Positions 45,730 through 54,786 of a DNA stretch of 64,000 bases are shown piece after piece. The position numbers and the translations under genes were made by a program. The notes below the pieces were generated by a model. That model made no database searches. It was not told the origin of the DNA and saw nothing but the letters and a program-made list of their open reading frames with translations. The first letter of the stretch is position 1. Every line of letters starts with the position of its first letter. Source of the stretch: an uncultured Ruminococcus sp. (GTDB lineage: Bacteria > Bacillota > Clostridia > Oscillospirales > CAG-382); NCBI GenBank assembly GCA_964549435.1, contig CAZJVB010000010.1, positions 638 to 64,637 on the forward strand, read 5' to 3'.

Positions 45730-47130
45730 TCAGCGGCAGGCGATTTCCGCCATCGCCGGATGCAGGTCTCCGAGGTTGGTGGAAATACGCAGCGCATCGG
45801 GAGCAAACAGGAAGGTCTGCGTGTGCGGGGTATCGATATGCTTGCAGAGCACGCGAATTGCGTTCCCTTCCTTTGCGAAGCAGGAGCGCAGATGCAGCTG
45901 CTCAATCCAGCCGAAGCGGGGATCCAGCTGATTGATCGAGGGATTGCAGTACCGGAGCATGGGATGACTTTCCTCCCAATAGCCGCTGCCGGCTTTCAGA
46001 AGCTGCACGCCGTAGGCAGTTTCCAGCCGGACGGTCAGGAGACCTTCGGAGACGGAAAGCGTTGCGGAGAGCAGCTCCGCCGGATTGGGGGCGAACCGGA
46101 AGGTAACGGGCGCCTCGCTGGTGAGAGCGGCAGAGGCGGTCAGCGGCGGATGGGCACGGTTTACAGCGTCTTCCAACGCGGTTTGACCGTCGGAGTCTTT
46201 GCCCTCCACTCTATCCAGCAGCTCATAGATATGCGTCAGCTCCGTCTGCATGTTCCCCGCCTCCGCAAGCTGCACGAATACGGTGTCCTCCTCCGGCAGC
46301 ACGACGCAGAGCTGTCCGTATGCACCGTCGCCGCGGAAGCCGCCGCGTGCGTTGCGCCAGAACTGGTAGCCGTACCCTGCAACCCAGTCGGGGGTGCCGT
46401 TGCAGCTGTTATCCGCGATGGCGGTTGTCGCGGTTTTGCACCACGACTCGCTGACGATGCGGTTCCCTTCGTACATGCCGCCGCGCAGCAGCATCATGCC
46501 GAATTTAAACAGATCGTCCGCAGAAAGAAGCACGCCGATGCCGCCGCAGTGCCGCCCGTCTGCAAGGCAGATTGCATCCGGTTTTTGGATGCCCAGCTTG
46601 GAGAACAGATACCGGTCCATAAAGTCATTCAGCTTCATGCCGGAGCGTTTTTCCACCGCTGCTCCGCAGACGCAGGTGCCGCCGGTTGAATAGACAAAGG
46701 TCGTTCCGGGCTTATATACGACCGGCATGGCGAGGAAGGTTTTGACCGCATCGGCGGAAAAACGCATCTGATTGAGGTGGCATACCGCATGACCGGATTG
46801 CATGGAAAGCACGTCTCCGAGTGTCATTTCGGACAGAAAGTCGGATATTTCGACCGGTGCGCATTCCGGAAATAGATCGAGCATACGCTCTCCGACATGC
46901 AGCAGTCCGAGATCCTGTGCGATACCGACCGCGATAGAGGTGAAGGATTTGGAGAGGGAGTACAGATGCATCCGATCCTCCTGCCTGTGCGGCGGGAAGG
47001 TGGCGCTGACCGTTTCCCCCTTGCGGTACAGGCGGAATGCGCGCAGAGAGGTTCCGTCCCGGGTAGTGGCTTCGATGTATGCGCGGACGGCTTTTGCATT
47101 GCAGCCGTCCGTCAGAAGAATGCTCATCAT
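45730..47130 (-). CDS. Serine hydrolase, class C beta-lactamase/PBP-like
   Basis: ORF trimmed to M18. The SxxK motif is in YSLSKSFTS. Its stop lies 1 nt from the U32 start. Confidence 0.75.
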   Translation of the reverse strand: MMSILLTDGCNAKAVRAYIEATTRDGTSLRAFRLYRKGETVSATFPPHRQEDRMHLYSLSKSFTSIAVGIAQDLGLLHVGERMLDLFPECAPVEISDFLSEMTLGDVLSMQSGHAVCHLNQMRFSADAVKTFLAMPVVYKPGTTFVYSTGGTCVCGAAVEKRSGMKLNDFMDRYLFSKLGIQKPDAICLADGRHCGGIGVLLSADDLFKFGMMLLRGGMYEGNRIVSESWCKTATTAIADNSCNGTPDWVAGYGYQFWRNARGGFRGDGAYGQLCVVLPEEDTVFVQLAEAGNMQTELTHIYELLDRVEGKDSDGQTALEDAVNRAHPPLTASAALTSEAPVTFRFAPNPAELLSATLSVSEGLLTVRLETAYGVQLLKAGSGYWEESHPMLRYCNPSINQLDPRFGWIEQLHLRSCFAKEGNAIRVLCKHIDTPHTQTFLFAPDALRISTNLGDLHPAMAEIACR

Positions 47131-47198
47131 GGAATCTGCCTTTCGTATGTTTCTTGTAAAAACATTATATCGTTTTTGCAAAAAATGTCAACCGCATC

Positions 47199-47227
47199 TT
47201 GCGCTTTCCGACACTTTATGGTAAAAT
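47199..47227 (+). promoter_or_regulatory. Candidate extended -10 promoter for bioY
   Basis: TTGCGC (47199-47204), 17 nt, TGG-TAAAAT (47222-47227). Confidence 0.45.
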
Positions 47228-47332
47228 AAAAATATCTGAATGGGAAGCGGAGGGAGGCATGGCGTTTCCGGAGCTTCTCAGAGTTGGCTTTCGAATTGTA
47301 AATCATAGAGGAAAGGCTGTATAGGTATAGAG

Positions 47333-47845
47333 ATGAGAAATAAGACCTTGCGGGCACTTTGCGGCTCGTTGTTTTTTGCTTTTGCGTGCGGTGTGCTCGG
47401 TCCCTATCAGATCGGAGGGGTTTCCGCAGCGGTCGCCGTTGTTCTTCTTGCCGGTGTTTCAATGGATCCGCTGTTTGCGCTGCTTTCCGCTGCGCTGTAC
47501 CTGCTTGCGGGAATCTGGTTGCCTGTTTATCCGGGGAGCGCGCACGGTACGGCTGTGCTGCTCGGCTCGTCGGGCGGGTTTCTGCTTTCCCTGCTGCTCT
47601 GCGCGCTGGTGATTTCCGCTTTGCGCAGCGGGCTGCGGAGGCATCCGTTTCTTGCCGCGTTTGCGGGACTCTGTGCGGCATTTCTGTTGTATTTCGGCAT
47701 GGGCATTCTTTGGTATGTCGTTAAGACCGATTCTTCCATTCAGAGCGTGCTCACACTGCAATGGAAAACGCCCTGCCTGTTGTTCGGTTTGGATGCGCTT
47801 CTCGCTTTGCTCGCTTCCCCGACGCTCTACCGCGCGACCTCATGA
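47333..47845 (+). CDS. bioY: BioY-family biotin transporter S-component
   Basis: 170 aa, ~5-6 TM. The pattern LLAG...ALYLLAGIWLPVY...GSSGGFLLS resembles BioY conserved blocks. The assignment rests on pattern only. Confidence 0.55.
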   Translation: MRNKTLRALCGSLFFAFACGVLGPYQIGGVSAAVAVVLLAGVSMDPLFALLSAALYLLAGIWLPVYPGSAHGTAVLLGSSGGFLLSLLLCALVISALRSGLRRHPFLAAFAGLCAAFLLYFGMGILWYVVKTDSSIQSVLTLQWKTPCLLFGLDALLALLASPTLYRATS

Positions 47846-48229
47846 ACGGGAGGCGCGAGAGGAAATGCTAACGCCCCATAAGGAAGAAATTTAAAAGTAA
47901 TAATAAAACATCAACTTTATGGGCGCTGCAAAGGCAAATAGAACATATAAAGCATTTCCGCCTTCTACGCTCTATTTCTTTATAATAAAATCGCACCCGT
48001 AAGGAGCTTGATTGAAAGAGAGCTTTTTATAAATCTTATCACACTTATCTTAATGTTTCTTCTATTATCTGTTATAATATCATGAAACGGTACGCCCCAT
48101 ATATCACAAGGCTACCTGTGTTATGCAGACGGCCAATAAAAATATTTTTCATTCAAGTCCGAACCAACATCAAAAAATTACGACTATACAGGTGAACGTT
48201 CAAAAGCATTCCGGAAAGCAGGAAGATTT

Positions 48230-49873
48230 ATGACAAACGATGAAATAATTCAATATTATGATTGTCTGATGTGGCTTGCAACATCCAAATGCAACTCACA
48301 AACTGATGCAGAAGACCTTGTAGGTGATACAATGCTTGCGGCTTTTACCTATATACACAGAGGTGGGTCAATAGAATATCCCAAAACTTGGCTTATCAAT
48401 ACGCTTTACCACAAGTACAACGATAACCTCCGAAAAAAATACCGTACACCCGTTACCGTATGCTTGGATGAAGGTATTGATATTTCGGAGGAAGAGGACG
48501 AAGAGTATTTAAACTCGGAAGAAGCGTCAAGAGTGCGTAAAGAGTTAAATCACCTAAGCTTTATCACACGCGAGGTTCTGATTCGCTTTTATTTCGGACA
48601 TCAAAGTGTTGCGGATATTGCCGAGGGACTTGGCATTCCCGAGGGTACGGTAAAAAGCCGTTTATCTGCAGGCCGAGGTCAGATGAAGAAAGGACTTGAA
48701 ACTATGGAAACAAGAGAAAATTATTTACCCGGACAAATGTATTTTTCAATGGGTGGTTCGGAAGGCTTAATGGGTGAGCCGATGTCCCTTGTTGAAGGCG
48801 ATCTGATCGTGCAGAATCTTTTAATCCTTGCTTATGAAAAGCCGCTGTCTATCAGCGAACTATCCAAAGCAATCGGTATTCCTGCCGCATACATCGAGCC
48901 GATCGTGCAAAAGCTTGTAGACGGTGAATTGATGGCAAAGATGGATAGCGGAAAGGTATATACGGATTTTATTATTACAAAGCCGCAAAACACGCTTGAA
49001 TACTTCAAACCTCAGCTTGATTTTGCGCACAAGTATTTTGATACGATATGGAGCATTCTCCGAGAAATGTCAGATCAAATTTCCAAAATGACTTTTGTTG
49101 ATAAAATGGGGATCGAGGAAAGAACGAAGCTTGATCGATATGCTGTTTTGAGGGCTTTGCAGGATTTTCAGCATTATGGTACCGATAAGATCGAAGTACC
49201 GAATTTCCCAAAACGCAAGGACGGCGGATGGTGGTTCGCACAGGCAATGGCTTTTGAGGCCGGATGTAATATGAAAGAGTATGCCGAAGCATCAGAATAT
49301 GCGATACACGGCGGTCATCGAACTACAGAAGCATTCGTAGAGGGAGGAACAAGACGAGTTCGTCTTTACGAGTTTGATACAACGCTGTGGGACAGTCCTC
49401 ACAGATACGGTTTTGATTTCGAGCTTTATTTCAAGCATATTATTCCGTTTCTTTGGTGCATTTATGCTGATATTCCCATTGAAGAAAAATTGGGGACAGA
49501 AATTCCTGACACGCTTGTTTCCCATATTCCGACACTTGAAAAACTTGGGATGATTGGGAATACACAGAACAAATTGTGTGTGAAAATACCCGTTTTGAAA
49601 AAAACGGAATATGACGAAATGTGCATTATTATTAAAAGAGCAACAGAGAGAATTAAATCAGAAATCGGAGAAGAATTTACGAGTTTTATCGCCTCAAAGA
49701 AGACGCCTCTCCCAAAGCATTTGACCTCTGTACCCGAGCTTTACAGGTACAACGAAGCTACAACATATTTTGTTATGGCTATTGTTCGTGAGGCGTATAA
49801 TAAAGGACTGCATCTGAAAGACGTTGATTACTGTTGTCCTCCCATAGTGTTAGTGTATGATTGTGTAGAATAA
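48230..49873 (+). CDS. ECF-type sigma-70 family factor fused to a ~380-aa C-terminal extension
   Basis: 547 aa. Region 2 is DAEDLVGDTMLAAFTYIHRG...WLINTLYHKYNDNLRKK. Region 4 is VADIAEGLGIPEGTVKSRLSAGRGQMKKGL. A winged-helix-like segment follows (LSISELSKAIGIPAAYIEPIVQKLVDGELMAK), then ~300 aa with no recognised motif. The gene is much more AT-rich than its neighbours. Confidence 0.85.
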   Translation: MTNDEIIQYYDCLMWLATSKCNSQTDAEDLVGDTMLAAFTYIHRGGSIEYPKTWLINTLYHKYNDNLRKKYRTPVTVCLDEGIDISEEEDEEYLNSEEASRVRKELNHLSFITREVLIRFYFGHQSVADIAEGLGIPEGTVKSRLSAGRGQMKKGLETMETRENYLPGQMYFSMGGSEGLMGEPMSLVEGDLIVQNLLILAYEKPLSISELSKAIGIPAAYIEPIVQKLVDGELMAKMDSGKVYTDFIITKPQNTLEYFKPQLDFAHKYFDTIWSILREMSDQISKMTFVDKMGIEERTKLDRYAVLRALQDFQHYGTDKIEVPNFPKRKDGGWWFAQAMAFEAGCNMKEYAEASEYAIHGGHRTTEAFVEGGTRRVRLYEFDTTLWDSPHRYGFDFELYFKHIIPFLWCIYADIPIEEKLGTEIPDTLVSHIPTLEKLGMIGNTQNKLCVKIPVLKKTEYDEMCIIIKRATERIKSEIGEEFTSFIASKKTPLPKHLTSVPELYRYNEATTYFVMAIVREAYNKGLHLKDVDYCCPPIVLVYDCVE

Positions 49874-49881
49874 TATTTCGT

Positions 49882-49914
49882 ACCACAAGAATGGTTTTTG
49901 CTTATTCTTGTGGT
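49882..49914 (+). terminator. Hairpin after the sigma gene
   Basis: 11-bp stem accacaagaat / attcttgtggt with no clear T-tail. Confidence 0.4.
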
Positions 49915-50050
49915 GCGCATTTGCTTGTTAATGATAGATCTTGTTTTTTATAAATTGTGCTTTTTCGTATAAAAATCCCTTGACAAATATCGCCTCAAAA
50001 GACCTGTCTTATACGATAACAAGCAGGGAAACCGTACGGACAGTTTCCGG

Positions 50051-50101
50051 AAAAAAGAAACATGGTGCAGCACCGTATTTTACGGTGCTGCACCATGTTT
50101 T
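50051..50101. terminator. Very strong bidirectional terminator
   Basis: Perfect 17-bp stem catggtgcagcaccgta (50061-50077) / tacggtgctgcaccatg (50081-50097) with a 3-nt loop. It is flanked by aaaaaagaaa upstream and tttt downstream. Confidence 0.7.
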
Positions 50102-50320
50102 AATATAAAAACCTCCTTATCAGGCTGCCGCAAAGGCGCGCGCCGTTTCGTCGTATCGTGAACGGATCAGGAAGTTTGAGGAAACTCATTCTTACGGCTT
50201 AAGAGGGAGACGGGTTACAGCCGGCAAGGTACGCGCTCTTACGAACGGCATGTCAAGCAGGACTTTCCTATCTTCCTATCCATTTATTTTACGTTATTTT
50301 ACGCGATCCCTTCGTGCTTT

Positions 50321-50356
50321 GGCAGAATCCATTTGTGAATGGATTCTGCCTTTTTT
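50321..50356 (+). terminator. Orphan rho-independent terminator (no annotated gene upstream of it)
   Basis: Perfect 12-bp stem ggcagaatccat / atggattctgcc with loop ttgtga, then TTTTTT. Confidence 0.7.
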
Positions 50357-50752
50357 CGTTGCTGCGATTGCGGAAGAAACGCAGTGGAAATAAGAGCAAG
50401 GGTTTGCACCATGCTCAAGCTGTAAGCGAGCCGCGGTTTTTTTGATGCTTTTCTGTGGCGGCTTTGCATGCTTCGGCCGGATGCAGGGAACGGCAAAAAG
50501 ATCAGCGATACCGGCGGTACCAAGTAGCGCTCCCTTTTAGCGTCTTGGTTTGGCATATGAAAGCCTCGCATGCTTCCGGAGAGGAGGCGGGCTTTCTGTG
50601 CGGGCGGCAAGCGCAAAAGTTTAAAAACAGTTCATCTTTTTGGAACGCTGGGGGAACTTTTCGGGTGGTCTGGCGGAACACGTTGCGTTGTATAATAACA
50701 GTCAGCAAGCAGTAAACGGCTGCTTGAAAAATTTTATTGGAGGCATATGATT

Positions 50753-50974
50753 ATGTACTTTGACGCTATCGCTAAAATTGTTTCGGAACGCACCGGCTGT
50801 GACATCTCTGCTATAAAGCCTGAGAGCAAATTTTCCGAGCTTGGGATCGACTCTCTTGACACTGTGGAGCTTCTGATGAATCTGGAGGATGAGATCGGCA
50901 TTGAGATTGAGTTGGATCAGAAGGTGGAAACAATTGGTGATCTGGACGCGTTCATCCGGAGCAAAAAGGGTTAA
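50753..50974 (+). CDS. acpP: Acyl carrier protein
   Basis: The phosphopantetheine site is LGIDSLDTVEL. The second ATG (50753) is preferred because it lies 9 nt after GGAGG; the track start at 50747 is only 3 nt after it. Confidence 0.9.
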   Translation: MYFDAIAKIVSERTGCDISAIKPESKFSELGIDSLDTVELLMNLEDEIGIEIELDQKVETIGDLDAFIRSKKG

Positions 50975-50979
50975 ACCGT

Positions 50980-51924
50980 ATGATCAAGTCAGAGATTTGT
51001 GACCTGCTGGGAATCCGATACCCGGTGTTTCAGGGCGGTATGGCTTGGATCGCTGACGGCAAACTGGCCGCTGCCGTATCTGATGGCGGCGGTCTCGGCA
51101 TCATTGCGGCAGGCAATGCTCCCGGCGACTATGTGCGGGAACAGATCGCGATCGCCAAGTCGCTTACCGAACGGCCGGTCGGCGTCAATATGATGCTCAT
51201 GAGTCCCCATGCGGATGAGGTCGCGCAGGTTGTCATAGAGGAAAGGATCACAGTCGTAACGACCGGAGCCGGAAATCCTTCAAAATATATGAAGGCTTGG
51301 AAAGAGGCGGGTATCAAGGTGATTCCCGTTGTAGCTTCGGTTGCGATGGCAAGGCTGATGACCAGATCCGGAGCTTCCGCTCTTATTGCCGAAGGCGGAG
51401 AAAGCGGCGGGCATGTGGGGGAGCTGACGACCATGGTGTTGGTTCCGCAAATTTGCGATGCGACGGATCTTCCGGTGATTGCTGCGGGCGGCATTGCAGA
51501 CGGAAGGGGCGTGGCCGCTGCCTTTATGCTGGGCGCATGCGGGGTTCAGATGGGCACCCGCTTTTTAAGTGCGGATGAATGTACGATTCATCCCGCCTAT
51601 AAAGAAAAGATTCGAAAAGCCACCGATCTCTGCACTATGGTGACCGGCAAGCGTCTGGGGCATCCCGTAAGAAGCCTTCGCACGCCGTTTTCGAGGGAGT
51701 ATGCCAAAGCCGAATACGGCGGAATGCCGGACGATGAGCTGGAGGCGCTTGCTACGGGCGCTTTACGGCTTGCCGTGCAGGAGGGCGACAACGAAAAAGG
51801 CTGTTTCCTTTCGGGGCAGATCGCCGCTATGGTAAAAAAGGAGCAGCCAGCCGCTGAAATCGTACGGGAAGTGATGGAGGAGGCGGAGCCAATCCTTCTG
51901 AGGGCGTCACAATGGGTAAAATAG
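50980..51924 (+). CDS. fabK: Enoyl-ACP reductase FabK (FMN, nitronate monooxygenase fold)
   Basis: 314 aa. YPVFQGGMAWI, GESGGHVG and AAGGIADGRG are present. It sits between acpP and fabD. Confidence 0.9.
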   Translation: MIKSEICDLLGIRYPVFQGGMAWIADGKLAAAVSDGGGLGIIAAGNAPGDYVREQIAIAKSLTERPVGVNMMLMSPHADEVAQVVIEERITVVTTGAGNPSKYMKAWKEAGIKVIPVVASVAMARLMTRSGASALIAEGGESGGHVGELTTMVLVPQICDATDLPVIAAGGIADGRGVAAAFMLGACGVQMGTRFLSADECTIHPAYKEKIRKATDLCTMVTGKRLGHPVRSLRTPFSREYAKAEYGGMPDDELEALATGALRLAVQEGDNEKGCFLSGQIAAMVKKEQPAAEIVREVMEEAEPILLRASQWVK

Positions 51925-52811
51925 CATTTGTTTTTTCAGGGCAGGGGGATCAGTATCCCGGAATGGGAAAAGAGCTTTGCGGGAAATACCCGGTCGCTGC
52001 ATCTGTTTACGGGATGTGCGACTGCATTCGCGCCGGCACGTCTTCTCAGTGCTTTGAAGGGACGGAGGATGAGCTGCAGGAAACCGCAAATACACAGCCC
52101 TGCCTATTTGCCATGGAGCTTGCGGCAGCAGCGGTTCTGATGGATAAAGGCGTTCTGCCCGATGCGGTAGCCGGTTTTTCATTAGGGGAGGTCGTAGCCG
52201 CAACGGTTAGTGGCGCATTTGACAGGGAAACAGGTTTCCGGCTTGTATGCAGACGCGGCGAACTGATGCAGCAGGAGGCGGAAAAATTCGATACTGCCAT
52301 GGCGGCGGTCGTTAAGCTGACGCCCGCGCAGGTTCAGGAGATCTGCAACCGGTATCCGGATGTTTACCCCGTGAATTTTAACTGTCCGGGACAGATAACC
52401 GTTTCCGGGCTGTCCTCTCAAATGACCGACTTTTTTACGGATGTAAAAGCATTGGGCGGCAGGGCGATCCCACTAAAGGTAAAGGGTGCTTTCCACTCTC
52501 CCTTTATGCAGGAGGCTGCTGCTGCTTTTGCCGAGGAGCTTATGAAGGCGGATATCCGGAACAGAACCGTCACGCTTTATTCGGATATGACAGCCGAACC
52601 CTATACGGATGACGTTGCGGGCCTGCTTTCCCAACAGATCTGTAGCCCTGTGCAATGGGAAAAGGTCATTCGTAATATGATTGCCGTCGGCATAGATACC
52701 TTTATTGAGATCGGTCCCGGCAGGACACTTGCCAATATGATCAGGAAAATCGATGCAGGGGTCAAAGCCCAAACCGTATTTGAATATTTGGCGGAGGCGG
52801 AAGCATGTTAA
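51912..52811 (+). CDS. fabD: Malonyl-CoA:ACP transacylase
   Basis: 299 aa. FVFSGQGDQYPGMG and the active-site GFSLGE. Confidence 0.95.
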   Translation: MGKIAFVFSGQGDQYPGMGKELCGKYPVAASVYGMCDCIRAGTSSQCFEGTEDELQETANTQPCLFAMELAAAAVLMDKGVLPDAVAGFSLGEVVAATVSGAFDRETGFRLVCRRGELMQQEAEKFDTAMAAVVKLTPAQVQEICNRYPDVYPVNFNCPGQITVSGLSSQMTDFFTDVKALGGRAIPLKVKGAFHSPFMQEAAAAFAEELMKADIRNRTVTLYSDMTAEPYTDDVAGLLSQQICSPVQWEKVIRNMIAVGIDTFIEIGPGRTLANMIRKIDAGVKAQTVFEYLAEAEAC

Positions 52812-53533
52812 CAAAAAAGACAGCGGTGATCACCGGCGGTTCCCGCGGAATCGGTGAGGCTATTGCCGTGAAATTGGCGTCGATGGGTGCGGATATCGCC
52901 GTAATTTATGCAGGCGATGAGGAAGCTGCCCGGCGTGTCTGTGCTCATTGCGGACGGGAGTATGGTGTGAAGGCAAACGCCTACAGGTGTGATGTATCCG
53001 TTTTTGAAGAAGCAAGGGAAACCGTCGCAAAGATCAAATCGGATTTCGGCACGGTTCATATTTTGGTCAATAATGCGGGAATCACCCGAGACGGCCTTGC
53101 CGCCATGATGAAAGAAGAGGAGTTTGACAGAGTCATCGCCGTCAATCTGAAGGGCGCGTTTCATATGATCCGTCATTGCGCGGGACTTTTCATCCGGAAC
53201 CGTGAGGGCTGCATTATCAACATTGCTTCGGTTGCAGGACTTATGGGCAATGCGGGACAGTGCAACTATGCCGCGTCAAAGGCAGGTCTGATCGGTCTTA
53301 CCAAAAGCATCGCCAAGGAGCTGGCTCCAAAAGGGATACGCTGCAATGCGATCGCTCCCGGATTCATTGCAACTGATATGACCGACGATCAGACCGGTAA
53401 TCCGCTTTTGAAGATGATTCCGTTAGGACGTATGGGAGATCCCCGGGATGTGGCGGACGCCGCGGCATATCTTGCGACGGCAGGCTATGTGACCGGTGCT
53501 GTGCTTTGTGTTGACGGCGGCATTTCCATGTGA
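52805..53533 (+). CDS. fabG: 3-oxoacyl-ACP reductase
   Basis: 242 aa SDR. TGGSRGIG, NNAG and YAASKAG. Confidence 0.95.
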   Translation: MLTKKTAVITGGSRGIGEAIAVKLASMGADIAVIYAGDEEAARRVCAHCGREYGVKANAYRCDVSVFEEARETVAKIKSDFGTVHILVNNAGITRDGLAAMMKEEEFDRVIAVNLKGAFHMIRHCAGLFIRNREGCIINIASVAGLMGNAGQCNYAASKAGLIGLTKSIAKELAPKGIRCNAIAPGFIATDMTDDQTGNPLLKMIPLGRMGDPRDVADAAAYLATAGYVTGAVLCVDGGISM

Positions 53534-53545
53534 GGAGGGTTGGTT

Positions 53546-54784
53546 ATGAGTGAATGCAAAAGAGTGGTTGTGACCGGAATCGGTGCAGTCACCCCTGTGG
53601 GAAACTGCGTGAGGGATACATGGGAGAGTTTGAAAGCCGGTAAAAACGGGATTGCTCCTATTACCCTGTTTGATACGGAGGCATACAAGGCGAAGCTGGG
53701 CGCCGAGGTAAAGGCATTTGATCCGAGGGATTATCTGGAAGTCAATGAAGTTCTCCGCACCGACCGCTATGCACAGTTTGCGGTCGTCGCTGCACAGCAG
53801 GCTGTGGAGGACAGCGATATTGAAGGGACGGTTGAGCCGGAGCGCTTTGCCGTGCTTTTCGGAACCGGAATCGGCGGCATCGGGACCTTTGAAAATGAAT
53901 ATGCCAAGCTGCTGGAGAAAGGCCCCCGCCGGGTTTCCCCCTTGTTTATTCCGATGATGATCAGTAACATGGCGGCGGGGATGATTGCCATCCGCCACGA
54001 TTGCCGGGGAGCGGCTATGCCGGCGGTTACCGCTTGTGCTTCCGGCTCCAACGCGATCGGTGAAGCCATGAGAATGATCCGCCACGGCTATGCGGATGCG
54101 GTGATCACCGGCGGCGCAGAGGCGGCAATTTGCCCCTCTGCTATTGCGGGATTTGTGAATATGCAGGCGTTGTCTACCTCCGGAAATCCGGATGAAGCCT
54201 CCCTGCCCTTTGATAAACGCAGGAAAGGCTTTGTGATCGGGGAAGGCGCGGCGTCGCTGATTTTGGAGGAATACGGACATGCGAGGGCGCGCGGTGCCCG
54301 GATCTACGGAGAGGTTTGCGGGTATGGCTCTACCTGCGACGCCTATCATATCACCGCGCCCCAACCTGAAGCCAGAGGCGGCGCTCGGGCGATGCTGGAT
54401 GCTATGCGCGAGGCGGGTTATAAGGAGGCCGATACCGTATATATCAATGCGCATGGCACCGGTACACCGATGAACGATGCGATTGAGACGGTTGCGATCA
54501 AGAAGGCTCTTGGAGAGGAGCATGCCCGAAGGGCATATGTCAGCTCCACAAAATCTATGACCGGACATATGCTGGGCGCCGCAGGTGCCGTTGAGGCATT
54601 GGCATGTCTGTTTGCGCTGAACGAAGGCGTGATTCCGCCTACCATCAATTTGTATGAACAGGACGAGGCCTGTGACCTGAACTGTGTACCGAATACAGCG
54701 GTCAATGCCGATATCACGCTGGCGCTTTCCAATTCCCTCGGCTTCGGCGGTCACAATGCTTGTCTTGCTTTCAGAAAGGTGTAA
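53546..54784 (+). CDS. fabF: 3-oxoacyl-ACP synthase II
   Basis: The ATG lies 6 nt after GAGGAGGG. Active-site Cys is in TACASGSNAIG, and HGTGT and GFGGHN are present. Confidence 0.95.
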   Translation: MSECKRVVVTGIGAVTPVGNCVRDTWESLKAGKNGIAPITLFDTEAYKAKLGAEVKAFDPRDYLEVNEVLRTDRYAQFAVVAAQQAVEDSDIEGTVEPERFAVLFGTGIGGIGTFENEYAKLLEKGPRRVSPLFIPMMISNMAAGMIAIRHDCRGAAMPAVTACASGSNAIGEAMRMIRHGYADAVITGGAEAAICPSAIAGFVNMQALSTSGNPDEASLPFDKRRKGFVIGEGAASLILEEYGHARARGARIYGEVCGYGSTCDAYHITAPQPEARGGARAMLDAMREAGYKEADTVYINAHGTGTPMNDAIETVAIKKALGEEHARRAYVSSTKSMTGHMLGAAGAVEALACLFALNEGVIPPTINLYEQDEACDLNCVPNTAVNADITLALSNSLGFGGHNACLAFRKV

Positions 54785-54786
54785 CT

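Noticed and set aside
47185-47215. Possible BirA operator upstream of bioY (TGTCAACC...).
   Set aside because: There is no matching inverted half-site (GGTTGACA) at the expected ~15-nt spacing.
50062-50103. 13-codon ORF MVQHRILRCCTMF inside the 17-bp hairpin.
   Set aside because: It is a consequence of the palindrome. There is no SD at a proper distance, and the structure is much better explained as a terminator.
50190-50275. Riboswitch-like or RNase P-like strings. These are TTAAGAGGGAGACGGG...GCCGGCAAGG (reminiscent of SAM-I or glycine elements) on the plus strand, and AGGAAAGTCC (rc of 50260-50269), reminiscent of the RNase P P4 region.
   Set aside because: The other conserved blocks of those RNAs are absent: GGUGCUAAUUCC and AGAUGAG for SAM-I, ACCGAAGG pairs for glycine, and the ~350-nt RNase P architecture. 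The segment is kept only as an unexplained non-coding region.
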